From Thermoplasmatota archaeon (GTDB taxonomy: Archaea > Thermoplasmatota > E2 > JACPAO01 > JAHFTW01): a stretch of DNA of 64,000 nt. Shown piece after piece: positions 21,301-29,301 of the stretch. Every line of letters begins with the position of its first letter. The stretch's first letter is position 1. A program made the position numbers and the translations under genes. The stretch is taken from positions 371,997-435,996 of the forward strand of contig JBFIHX010000001.1 of the NCBI GenBank assembly GCA_041601615.1. The letters run 5' to 3'. Below the pieces are notes generated by a model. The model made no database searches. It was given only the letters and a program-made list of their open reading frames with translations, and was not told the DNA's origin.

Positions 21301-21702
21301 TTTGTCGAACTGCATGGGCCCCGGCGGGTCCTTGCTGTAGGTGCAAGCAAACCAGTACAGGATTTGCCAGAGTTCGCGCACGGCAGCGATTCCGTCTTCC
21401 TCTCGAATCGTGGCGGAGCCGTGGACCGCTTCGTTGCCAAGCCGAGCCAAGATTCGGCACTTGGTGAATACAGGTCGCCCCACGACATCCTGGAATGATG
21501 GTTCGTGGATGAGTGCCGAGAGATTGTCATTGTATGGAAGCTTGAGGCGATTGTCGTGCTTGTATGCCCAATGTAAGGCCAATTCCAGCGCACGGCGAGC
21601 ATGGAAACAGGCGGTGCGTGGGTCCGGGATGGCCAAGGATTCAGCTTGGAGGGCGGGTTCTTGGACCTCGGGGAATGAATTGAGGAACGGTAATTGATTC
21701 AC
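18346..21702 (-). CDS. hsdR: Type I restriction endonuclease subunit R (EcoAI/EcoEI-like, N-terminal DUF4145-like domain)
   Basis: VDYVL...IVEAK nuclease motif, QQQAKLYA, MATGTGKT, DEAHRS, LTATP and QMIGRGTR. Confidence 0.95.
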   Translation of the reverse strand: MNQLPFLNSFPEVQEPALQAESLAIPDPRTACFHARRALELALHWAYKHDNRLKLPYNDNLSALIHEPSFQDVVGRPVFTKCRILARLGNEAVHGSATIREEDGIAAVRELWQILYWFACTYSKDPPGPMQFDKSLLPREAVGSRSTAAELAALQAQRAEQDEKLTKILVVHGELNDELKRLRAQIEETRKANEAVPVDHDFNEAETRDFFIDLLLKEAGWKLNGPNDLEYEVQGMPNPSRKGYVDYVLWGDDGSPLGIVEAKSTKNDPRIGQQQAKLYADCLEAETGQRPVIFYSNGYKHWIWEDDRYPPREIQGFYSKAELQLLIQRRTTRHSLAETQIKKSIVDRHYQNRAIRRICESFESDQRRKALLVMATGTGKTRTAIALADVMMRANWAKRILFLADRRELANQAGEGFKTHLPSFNPVNLLEEKDTEGRIYVSTYHTMMNLIDEVKEGQRRFSVGHFDLVIIDEAHRSIFRKYKAIFEYFDAPLLGLTATPKDEIERNTYSTFDLEAGVPTDAYNLDEAIKDRYLVPPEAHSVPLLFPREGIHYDELPDEDKEQWDNLDWGEEDEPPRDVDADHVNKWLFNDDTVDKALAHVMTNGQKIEGGDRLAKTIIFAKNQAHADFIDKRFNVHYPHLAGKFARVITYQTKYADTLIKDFKRLPDPGMAISVDMLDTGIDVPEVCNLVFFKVVRSKTKFWQMIGRGTRLCENLFGPGQDKKSFFIFDFCRNLEHFSLDLPEGSASVAPSLKERLFQTRLGLVQEFDQRDGGPPGDKPDAADPLRREFAETLRHEVASMNLENFVVRPQRKLVERFSKEEAWGFLEPEQAPELAKKVAPLPAEMPPEQEEAKRFDLMMLTLELALLRDDPNAPGLRDKVRSLAERLEEKRNIPVVQKELNLIQDLQTDAWWEDVTTAMLEHARRQLRTLIHLLDKHVRTPLYTDFEDEIGMAVPLTLPGTTTNGDFQRFREKAKYHLRSLDEDPVVQCVRRGEPLNSEGLAHLESLLEGIAGSDNSMLKQVREAANGTAGFVRSLVGLDRDVAKRAFGKFLNERNMNSHQIQFLNMVVDYIVEHGSIQIKALYEPPFTDLAPKGWDALFDERQITDLETCILQASA

Positions 21703-22631
21703 AGGCGCGGCACCCCATAGATGGCCTCAGAATCAAATTGTCGAAGAGCATACGGCGTTACACCGGCTAGGAGCATAGTAGTTGAAAGCCAGTCTCGAAG
21801 CGTAAGATCACGAGACGGCAAGTCTCGGCTAGTTCCGTGGCGCACCCCGCCATACTTGTTTGCAAATGAAGAAACTTGGATTGCTGCACCTTTTACCTGC
21901 CCGTGCGGCCAGTCCTTGATTTCGGCAAGCATCGCGTTCAAGGTTTGGGCAGCAACGTCGGGGTGCGTTGCACCAAGGGATTCCAAATGGATAATGTGAC
22001 TTGCTACACAGTTTTTGACACGTTTTTCGGAAATTCCAAGGCGTAAATCGCGCATTGATTCCTTAAATTCATCAAGGCGTTGCGCTTGTACTGCATCTTG
22101 ATAGCAGGAATTCTCGATGTTGCGAACAAATGATGATAATAGGCCCGGCAATGTAGGGTAGATTCGGCCTGACGCCTGCAACTCGTAGCGCAAACTGTAG
22201 GTGTCAATGAAGTGATGCCAAAGAGACAGGTACAGATCCGTTAGCCCAGGGAGCGAAAATTCCTCAAGTGTTTCAAAGACAGACTCCATGAAGCAGATAA
22301 TTTCTGACTCTGTCCGGAGACCACGAACTAGTTTTACTTGGAATTTAGCGGGTAGTGCATCAATTGCATCATCGCCCAGATCTTTAGCTAGTTCCGCCCC
22401 TCTCTCTTGACGGGCCTGTCTGACTTTTCGCTCGACTGGAATTTCGGCTGGAGTGCCTGCCACATTGCCTCGTGCCGCCTGCTCTTTAGCACGTTGAAGG
22501 CGATCCAAATGTGAGTGAAGCAAAGTATACAGGTCTGCTGTCAAACTAGCGGGGGCCCGATCATAGTCCAAAAGGGGTTGCCAGATTTCGTCACTGGATC
22601 TTGCCCATATGGGCTGGAATTCGCCCCTCAT
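21699..22631 (-). CDS. Accessory protein inside the hsd operon, AbiJ/HEPN-like C-terminus
   Basis: 4-nt overlaps with hsdS and hsdR; C-terminal FANKYGGVRHG resembles the AbiJ-type G(I/V)RH motif. Confidence 0.6.
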   Translation of the reverse strand: MRGEFQPIWARSSDEIWQPLLDYDRAPASLTADLYTLLHSHLDRLQRAKEQAARGNVAGTPAEIPVERKVRQARQERGAELAKDLGDDAIDALPAKFQVKLVRGLRTESEIICFMESVFETLEEFSLPGLTDLYLSLWHHFIDTYSLRYELQASGRIYPTLPGLLSSFVRNIENSCYQDAVQAQRLDEFKESMRDLRLGISEKRVKNCVASHIIHLESLGATHPDVAAQTLNAMLAEIKDWPHGQVKGAAIQVSSFANKYGGVRHGTSRDLPSRDLTLRDWLSTTMLLAGVTPYALRQFDSEAIYGVPRL

Positions 22632-23818
22632 ACACTACCCCTAGAAAACAAATGAAATTGAATGCTTGCTTGAAACGTATTTGCATGTTCCAAGCAATCG
22701 CTCAACAACTGTCGCTGCCGTTCAATTGCTGCAATCTGAGAAGCAAACTTAAATTGCAGTTCTACCGGGGGCAATGGGATTTTTGCTCGGGCCAGCCGAC
22801 CCTTTGAGATGTTTGGCATAGAACCGGCAGATCCTCCGGCCAAATCCTGAATTCGTTCACGCTGGCCAGGGTGCATCAAAAGTGCGGCTAGGTATTCCCC
22901 ATTTGTTTTATCATTCTTCAGAATGAGTCGAAATATCAAATCAGGGATTAGCAGTTTGTTTCGAGTTTCCCGGACAACTGCACACGCCCCTACGAGGTCG
23001 CGTGTATTCTTTCGAGTAAAGAGAACGTCGCCTTCCCGCACTTCGTTGGCGCTTTCATAATGTGTGCCCATTGGAAGTGCTTTGTTTTTGGTGGCATTGT
23101 ATCGACCCCATGTTACTGCACCAAGTTTCAGCACGCCCCACTCGTCGGGTTCGGCGGGCCGAGCGTGGCATTTGGGGCTCTTGCCACTGTCTATTTTGTA
23201 GATAATATCCTGTAATTCCACCACACCCCATCCCTTTTCATTCAGGATGGGATCTCCAAACATCTCCAAAAATAGCGATTGCTCTAACTCGTCAAGCAAT
23301 GCCAAGGCACGTTTGCGTTTGGCGAGGAGGGCGTCGGATTGGTCGAGGATTTTGGCGATGCGGCGTTGTTCGGGGAGGGGAGGAAGGGGGATTTTGAGGC
23401 TCTTAACTATGCCTTGACTAATATTGGGTTGGGCACCGCCGACCCCTTTGGCAATTATTGATTTCACTTGGGCAGACAATGCATAATAGAGGTAGTCTCG
23501 GTCTACGCGATCGTTATTGGGAATCAGGTGACAAACAGCTTGATTTGTCGTAGCTTCAATTCCGAGAATCCCGAGTCGGCCAACTGTGGCCCCATACATT
23601 GCGAGCAGAATAGAATCCGGGGGAATTAGCTTCAGCCTCGCTGCCTTCACCGCAGCCCCTGTTATTTTTTCTTGAGTGTCGAGTATTGTACTTTCGCGTA
23701 ATTCGCCTGATTTTACCCAAGGTATGGTGCCCCCATCATAATAATCTGCTAATTTTTTACGTGACGGGGTAGAACCTGAGCCGACTTGACAAATTTCTCC
23801 AATTAATGCCGTTCTCAA
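22628..23818 (-). CDS. hsdS: Type I restriction-modification specificity subunit S
   Basis: Two AT-rich TRDs; conserved IPLPPLPEQRRIAKILD and IPLPPVELQFKF segments. Confidence 0.95.
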   Translation of the reverse strand: MRTALIGEICQVGSGSTPSRKKLADYYDGGTIPWVKSGELRESTILDTQEKITGAAVKAARLKLIPPDSILLAMYGATVGRLGILGIEATTNQAVCHLIPNNDRVDRDYLYYALSAQVKSIIAKGVGGAQPNISQGIVKSLKIPLPPLPEQRRIAKILDQSDALLAKRKRALALLDELEQSLFLEMFGDPILNEKGWGVVELQDIIYKIDSGKSPKCHARPAEPDEWGVLKLGAVTWGRYNATKNKALPMGTHYESANEVREGDVLFTRKNTRDLVGACAVVRETRNKLLIPDLIFRLILKNDKTNGEYLAALLMHPGQRERIQDLAGGSAGSMPNISKGRLARAKIPLPPVELQFKFASQIAAIERQRQLLSDCLEHANTFQASIQFHLFSRGSV

Positions 23819-25353
23819 ACCAACATCCCCTCGAGCTCCTTCAACTCCTTCTGAATCTCATCTTCGAGCGCCTGTAATTCTCGAATAATCTCCAATGGGT
23901 CGCGGTGTTCTACGGGCTCGTAGACTTCCTTCTTGTATCGGTTAATGGACAGGTCGTATCCCTCGGCTGCAATATCGGCCTTCGACACGCAGAAAGATTG
24001 GTCCGTTCGCTCTCGCTTCAGTTCGTCTCCCTCGCGGTTGGACCACCGTTTTAGGGCATCTGGGAGGTTGTTCTTTTCGTGGTCCTCGTCGGAGAGAGGC
24101 ACCGCCGGAGCCACACCCAGTTTGCCTTCGTCTAGGAGTTCTTGCCGCTTGTCGTCAAGGCTCCAACCGTCGGCCTTCATGTCGTAGAACCAAACGTGGT
24201 CCGTGCCGCCGCTGTTGGTCTTGGTGAACAACAGAATCGCCGTGCTGACTCCGGCGTAGGGCTTGAAGGCGCCACTGGGAAGGCTCACAATGCCCTCCAA
24301 TTGCTGCTCCTCTACCAGCATTTGCCGAAGCGCCTTGTGGGCCTTCGTGGAGCCAAACAAGACGCCGTCGGGGACAATAACGGCCGCGCGGCCGCCGGTC
24401 TTCAACAAGCGCAAGAAAAGCGCCAGGAACAATAGTTCCGTCTTCTTCGTCTTGACAATCGCCAACAAGTCCTGGGCCGTTGCCTCGTAGTCAAGGCTCC
24501 CCGCAAATGGCGGATTGGCCAGAATCAAGGAGAAAGCATTCGACACGCCCGAATGGGCCTCTTCTAGGGAGTCCCGATACTCGATGCGAGGATTCTCCAC
24601 GCCATGCAGCATCATGTTCATGCTCCCAATGCGCAGCATCGTCGAATCAAAGTCGAACCCGTGAAACAGGTCCGAATTGAAGTGGTCGCGGGGCGCACGG
24701 TTCAGCAACGCATCCGCTTGGTGCTTGCGAATGTACTCCCCCGCCTCCACCAAGAAACCCGCCGTGCCACACGCCGGGTCGCAAATTTCGTCCGAAATAG
24801 TCGGCTCGCGCATGGCCACCATGAGTTGGATGATGTGGCGCGGAGTGCGGAACTGGCCGTTTTGGCCGGCACTTGCGATCTTGCCAAGCATATACTCGTA
24901 CAAGTCGCCCTTCGTGTCCCGATCTTCCATTGGAATCTTCTCAAGCAAGTCCACGACCTTCGCCAAAAGAGCCGCCTTGGGAATCGTAAACCGGGCGTCC
25001 TTCATGTGCTTGGCATACGTCGAATCGTCCCCGCCCATCTCGCGCAAGAACGGGAATACACGATCCGCCACAACCGAAAACATCAGTTCCGGCGCCATAT
25101 TCGTAAACCGCGACCAGCGCAAATCCGAGTATGAACGACTAAACTCGTCCTCGCCAGACGGGAACACCGGCCGCTCGATTGGCTCCTTTAGCCGACTCGC
25201 CTTGTTTTCTGCTAAGGTGTGCAAATCATCCAACCGCTTGATGAACAACAGATACGTAATCTGCTCCAAGACCTCCATTGGATTGGCAATCCCACCACTC
25301 CAAAAGGCATCCCAGACCGCATCCACCTTCGATTTAACCTCGCCAGTAATCAC
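23815..25353 (-). CDS. hsdM: Type I N6-adenine DNA methyltransferase subunit M
   Basis: GQFRTPRHII, DPACGTAGFL and NPPF motifs. Confidence 0.95.
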   Translation of the reverse strand: MITGEVKSKVDAVWDAFWSGGIANPMEVLEQITYLLFIKRLDDLHTLAENKASRLKEPIERPVFPSGEDEFSRSYSDLRWSRFTNMAPELMFSVVADRVFPFLREMGGDDSTYAKHMKDARFTIPKAALLAKVVDLLEKIPMEDRDTKGDLYEYMLGKIASAGQNGQFRTPRHIIQLMVAMREPTISDEICDPACGTAGFLVEAGEYIRKHQADALLNRAPRDHFNSDLFHGFDFDSTMLRIGSMNMMLHGVENPRIEYRDSLEEAHSGVSNAFSLILANPPFAGSLDYEATAQDLLAIVKTKKTELLFLALFLRLLKTGGRAAVIVPDGVLFGSTKAHKALRQMLVEEQQLEGIVSLPSGAFKPYAGVSTAILLFTKTNSGGTDHVWFYDMKADGWSLDDKRQELLDEGKLGVAPAVPLSDEDHEKNNLPDALKRWSNREGDELKRERTDQSFCVSKADIAAEGYDLSINRYKKEVYEPVEHRDPLEIIRELQALEDEIQKELKELEGMLV

Positions 25354-25545
25354 GCAAAAGCCCCCAAGAGGGAAGCGAGGGAATCATTAGACGCAAGCGT
25401 CACACCGGAACAAGTGCCACCAAGCAGGGCCACAACAGGCAAACAAGGGGCCCACATTAGGCGGTTTCCTACCTGGCCTCCCCCGCCCGGACGGCATCAG
25501 ATTTCAAAATGGGGGGAGGCGAATTTCAAAATGAGGGGCGCGGCT

Positions 25546-25565
25546 GGACTTTTGGAACGCTCGTG
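25546..25565 (-). repeat. Right terminal inverted repeat
   Basis: GGACTTTTGGAACGCTCGTG followed by GTGATGC. Confidence 0.92.
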
Positions 25566-25579
25566 GTGATGCCCCGACT

Positions 25580-26041
25580 TTGTCCCGTAAGGTTCGAGTG
25601 GCGGGCGGATTTGCGCAGTCTGTGGCCAAGCCAGCGCCCCCCACTGACGTTGATGCACTTCTGGCCGCGGCAAGTCCTCGGTTCCAAGCCGTGCACAAGG
25701 CGCTCGGCACCGCCGTACGCGAGGTATTCTCGGAAGCCACGAAATCGGTTGCGTGGAATATGCCCGGCTGGATCATCCCCGTGCCCCAGCCCCCTGCCGA
25801 GGCGGATTGGAAGGGAACGCTGCCCCGCACGCACTTGACGATCCTGGCAAGCGAGAAGAAGGCAGGCTTGACATTCCACGTTTGGCACCCGAATCGACCT
25901 GGCTTGCTGCAAGAGGAGGCGGCCTGGCTCAAAGCGGCCGGTTTCAAGCCGATGGTGGGTTGCGTGCAGTGGAACCGCAAAGGTGATCCGCCGATGGAGG
26001 CCTTTGAGCGGCTGCTTCGTGTGGCCAGGGATGCGTGTTGA
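25580..26041 (+). CDS. Hypothetical protein, DUF1801/YdhG-like
   Basis: VDALLAA...VAWNMPGW...FKPMVGCV pattern; overlaps the alaX-like gene. Confidence 0.55.
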   Translation: MSRKVRVAGGFAQSVAKPAPPTDVDALLAAASPRFQAVHKALGTAVREVFSEATKSVAWNMPGWIIPVPQPPAEADWKGTLPRTHLTILASEKKAGLTFHVWHPNRPGLLQEEAAWLKAAGFKPMVGCVQWNRKGDPPMEAFERLLRVARDAC

Positions 26042-26775
26042 TGGAGGGGCGAGCGGGCCAGGAGCGACTCTGGATCACCGAGCCCCGTCGCGTCACTTGC
26101 CTCTGCACCGTAACGGCAGTCCAAGGCGATCGCTTCGTGGTGGATCGCGCCCTGTTTGCCCCTCGCAGCCGCGCAGTCAGGCACCCGCAGTACGCGGACG
26201 CTGGAACGGTCTGGTGGGATGGCGAAAAGAGAAGGCTCGCCAGCGTCGAGGACCGCGATGGAACGGTTTGGTATCGGCTTCGGGGCACGGTGCCGGAGGT
26301 GGGTGTGGAGTTGCAGTGTCAACTGGACCAAGACATCCGTGATTTGAACGACCGGGCACACACGGCGATGCATCTGTTGATTGCGGCGTTGCAGCAGGCG
26401 GGCGCGCCTCCGATGACGGCGGACCCGGAGGTCAAGGGTGGTGGCAATGCGCGGTTGACGTTCCAGCGCCCGGTGGCGCGCAATGTGCTCGCGGCAGCGG
26501 TGCAGCGCGTGACGCAGTGGATTCAGGCCGATGTTCCGGTGCAGCGGGCGTGGGCCACACGGGCAGAAGCAGAGCGGTTTGCCACCGTACAGAATTTTTC
26601 GCCTTTTGACCCGGTGCCGGGTGGCGATCCGGTGCCACTTGTGCGCATCGAGGGTGTTTGCGTGTTTGGCTGCGATGGCACGCACGCGGACCGGACGGGG
26701 CGCGTCGGGGGGTTCGGCATCGGCCACGCGGCGCAGGGGAAGGAGGGTTTTGTTGTGGTGGGGCGCGTGCTCTAG
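26035..26775 (+). CDS. AlaX-like tRNA-editing protein (AlaX-M type)
   Basis: Zn-binding HTAMH and CDGTH motifs, plus QYADAG in the N-domain. Confidence 0.8.
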   Translation: MLMEGRAGQERLWITEPRRVTCLCTVTAVQGDRFVVDRALFAPRSRAVRHPQYADAGTVWWDGEKRRLASVEDRDGTVWYRLRGTVPEVGVELQCQLDQDIRDLNDRAHTAMHLLIAALQQAGAPPMTADPEVKGGGNARLTFQRPVARNVLAAAVQRVTQWIQADVPVQRAWATRAEAERFATVQNFSPFDPVPGGDPVPLVRIEGVCVFGCDGTHADRTGRVGGFGIGHAAQGKEGFVVVGRVL

Positions 26776-26869
26776 GCTCGGCTTTGCGTTGCATGAGCAA
26801 AACCCGGCGCGGTCGTGGCGTCGTTTGGGCCACTCGCGAGGAGAATGAATGTGGGCTATGGGCTGCCGG

Positions 26870-28321
26870 TTAGCCGACCCGGAACAGCAGCACGAGGTCG
26901 AGGATAAACAAGACCACGATCATCAGTTCCAGGAGAATGCCACGGCGGTGGTTGGTTTCTTCCTGGGCGAGGTGGAACATGTCCTCCAGCACCTCGGTTT
27001 TGTGCGCCACGGCACTTTCCCAGGCGCCGATGCGCATCCGTTCGTGGAGTTTTGCGTGCAGTCGCTCGGTGAAACGGTCGCCGAATGCTTTGCCGGTTCC
27101 GTGCAGGGGGTCGGTGAGACGGGCGACTTCTACGCGCACTTGGGCAAGTTCTCGAAGGGCGGCCCGGGCGGACCGGAAGAGGCCTCCGGCAGCCCAGAGG
27201 CGATCCAGGGAACGGAAGGAGCCTTCGAGGCGGCGGTCGAGGTAGGAATCGTAGGTTCGAAACTCCAGCAACTCGGCGCGGGCAAGTTCCAGTACGTCTA
27301 GGATGTCGCGTCCCCCGTCCTCGGCGCACCAGACCACGGCGCGGTCACGGCCTACGAGGATCGCTTCCTTGCCTCGTCGTTGTACTTCGGCGTCGGCGTC
27401 GGCGTCACCAAATACGTAGGCGCGGGCACTTTCTAGGTCCGATTCGGGGCCATGGACGACTCGTACGTCCCAGCGTTCCACGACCGCCGTTACGGTGTAG
27501 GTTTCGCGGACGGCCGCATCCACTTCTTGACGTACTTGGGAGCGCCACGCCAGGGTTCGTGCTTCTACGTCTCCGGCGGATTCCCCCACGGGCCGGGTGA
27601 TGCGGATGGCTAGGACGCCGACGCTGTGCAAGCGGGCTTCTATACGGTGGCCTTGGTCCTCGAATGCAACGGCAAGCGGCGCCGAGAATGGTCCAAAACG
27701 GCCTCCTTCGACTCCGTCGACCAGTTCCACGCGGCGAGGGGTGTGTCCGAGCAAGGTCGTGACTGCACCAAGGTCCAATGTGGCACCGAGGTCCACGAGT
27801 GCAAACGTGACCGCCTCCGTTCCTGTTTCGGCGAGTTTGGCAGGTACGCGGACGGCCAGCAACCAGCGATCCCGGCGCATGGGCACGGAGGAATCGCCGC
27901 GCCATGCCGCGTCAAACTCTTCGAGGCTCATCGAAGATTCGGGCCCGGTCCACGGATCATGCAAGACAATTTCGCGATTGTTGATACGGGAGACAACCGC
28001 GTAGTGGTCCGTGTTTTCGGACTCCAGCCAGTAGCACACAATCACCACATGGCGGGCCCGCATCAATTGGCCAATCTCTGAGACCTTGGTGGTGCTGTGA
28101 TGGACGACACTCTCCAGGCCTAGATCCTCCACGAATTTGGCGAGGACTTTCTGCCGAGTGCCGATGTGCGCGTCCGTGCCGAGTTGTTCTGCAAGGCTCT
28201 GTTCTTCGATGCGGATGCCCCAGAGGCCATCTAGGACCATCTTGAGGGCGGCGGGCCCGCATGTAAAATCGGTCTCCTGCTCATGGTGCGGGATGTCGAT
28301 AGGGGCCGAGTGTTGGACCAC
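26870..28321 (-). CDS. C39-like cysteine peptidase fused to an RMD1/DUF155-like domain with C-terminal TM helix
   Basis: QETDFTCGPAALKMVL, HYAVV, HDPW triad motifs; C-terminal LLEFRTYDSYLD...LELMIVVLFILDL. Confidence 0.7.
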   Translation of the reverse strand: MVQHSAPIDIPHHEQETDFTCGPAALKMVLDGLWGIRIEEQSLAEQLGTDAHIGTRQKVLAKFVEDLGLESVVHHSTTKVSEIGQLMRARHVVIVCYWLESENTDHYAVVSRINNREIVLHDPWTGPESSMSLEEFDAAWRGDSSVPMRRDRWLLAVRVPAKLAETGTEAVTFALVDLGATLDLGAVTTLLGHTPRRVELVDGVEGGRFGPFSAPLAVAFEDQGHRIEARLHSVGVLAIRITRPVGESAGDVEARTLAWRSQVRQEVDAAVRETYTVTAVVERWDVRVVHGPESDLESARAYVFGDADADAEVQRRGKEAILVGRDRAVVWCAEDGGRDILDVLELARAELLEFRTYDSYLDRRLEGSFRSLDRLWAAGGLFRSARAALRELAQVRVEVARLTDPLHGTGKAFGDRFTERLHAKLHERMRIGAWESAVAHKTEVLEDMFHLAQEETNHRRGILLELMIVVLFILDLVLLFRVG

Positions 28322-28404
28322 GAATGTGGAATAGAACCCTCAGGTGGATGAAGTCATGCCCCGACCAGCGGGTTTGGAGACCTCTTGCAAGCTCCAGGTC
28401 CACT

Positions 28405-28425
28405 ACCACCACCACCACCACCACC
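28405..28425 (+). repeat. (ACC)7 trinucleotide repeat in a divergent intergenic region
   Basis: Read directly from the sequence. Confidence 0.85.
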
Positions 28426-28446
28426 AAATACCCCAAGCGCGCATGT

Positions 28447-28662
28447 ATGCTTGTGTCCGTAATCAGCATCCGTATACCCGAGGAGACGACAGAGGTGTAT
28501 CGGCGGCTCGGGCTTCGACCGTCCGTGGTCGCCAAGGAGTACCTCATGCAACACGCTCGAGAATTGGAACTGGACGGACGCCTCCAGAGATTTGCCGTCT
28601 ACCGAAAGCCATCCACGCACCCCGTCGTGGACGACCTACGCGACGTTCGCGACCATGACTAG
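28447..28662 (+). CDS. VapB-like antitoxin (ribbon-helix-helix-like N-terminus)
   Basis: SVISIRIPEE start; C-terminal VVDDLRDVRD; overlaps the PIN gene. Confidence 0.7.
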   Translation: MLVSVISIRIPEETTEVYRRLGLRPSVVAKEYLMQHARELELDGRLQRFAVYRKPSTHPVVDDLRDVRDHD

Positions 28663-29077
28663 AACCGAAGTCGTCGTCGACGCAAGCATCCTCCTGAAGC
28701 TTGTCTTGGAGGAGGCAGACAGCCCCGCTTGCCTCCTGTGGTACGAACGAGCCATCAAGGCCGACCACCGACTCATGGCCCCCGCCAACCTGTACGCAGA
28801 GACGGGGCGCGTGGTGCAGCGGCGATTTCCAGAATTGACCGATGGCGAGAGACAACTTGTGCACGAGGACATTGTCGCCGGCATCGAGTTTCTACCACCC
28901 AACAAGGAGGCAGATTGGGGTGCTGCCCAGCACCTGGAGTTCTTTGACGCGCTCTATCTTGCTGCGGCGCAGGGGCGCAGCCTCGCCACGGCAGACAAGC
29001 GTATGGCAAAGGCCGCATCAGCGCTGGGCATTCCCCTCGTAGATTTGCCCATCGTGGCAACAACGAACGAAACCTAG
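28655..29077 (+). CDS. vapC: VapC-type PIN-domain toxin
   Basis: VVVDASILLK, E, FDALYLAAA and LATADKR acidic PIN motifs. Confidence 0.88.
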   Translation: MTRTEVVVDASILLKLVLEEADSPACLLWYERAIKADHRLMAPANLYAETGRVVQRRFPELTDGERQLVHEDIVAGIEFLPPNKEADWGAAQHLEFFDALYLAAAQGRSLATADKRMAKAASALGIPLVDLPIVATTNET

Positions 29078-29301
29078 CTCGTCGCCCATTGCAGCGGCCT
29101 CGCCCCGAAAGGGCCCAGAATTGGTCTTGCTTACCGAACAAATCCAGGCAAAAGGCCAACCTCTGATCCCCTGAGGCGGCGTCGTTGCGCACCAGCTTCA
29201 CTCGATGGCAAGGACACCCGGCGCAAGGCAGCTTCAGAGTGGCCTTGCAATGAGCAACGCGGTGCGCTGTAGTGATTCGCTGTGTCGGGATTTCCGTTTG
29301 A

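Larger units (their letters stand above)
13528..25565. mobile_element. 12,038-bp TIR-bounded transposon-like element without a recognisable transposase
   Basis: Perfect 20-bp TIRs at 13528-13547 and 25546-25565; GTGATGC directly repeated at 13521-13527 and 25566-25572; cargo has atypical composition. Confidence 0.88.

Noticed and set aside
13528-25565. Casposon or provirus
   Set aside because: No Cas1, family B polymerase, integrase or virion genes recognised; the ends are TIRs, not att sites.
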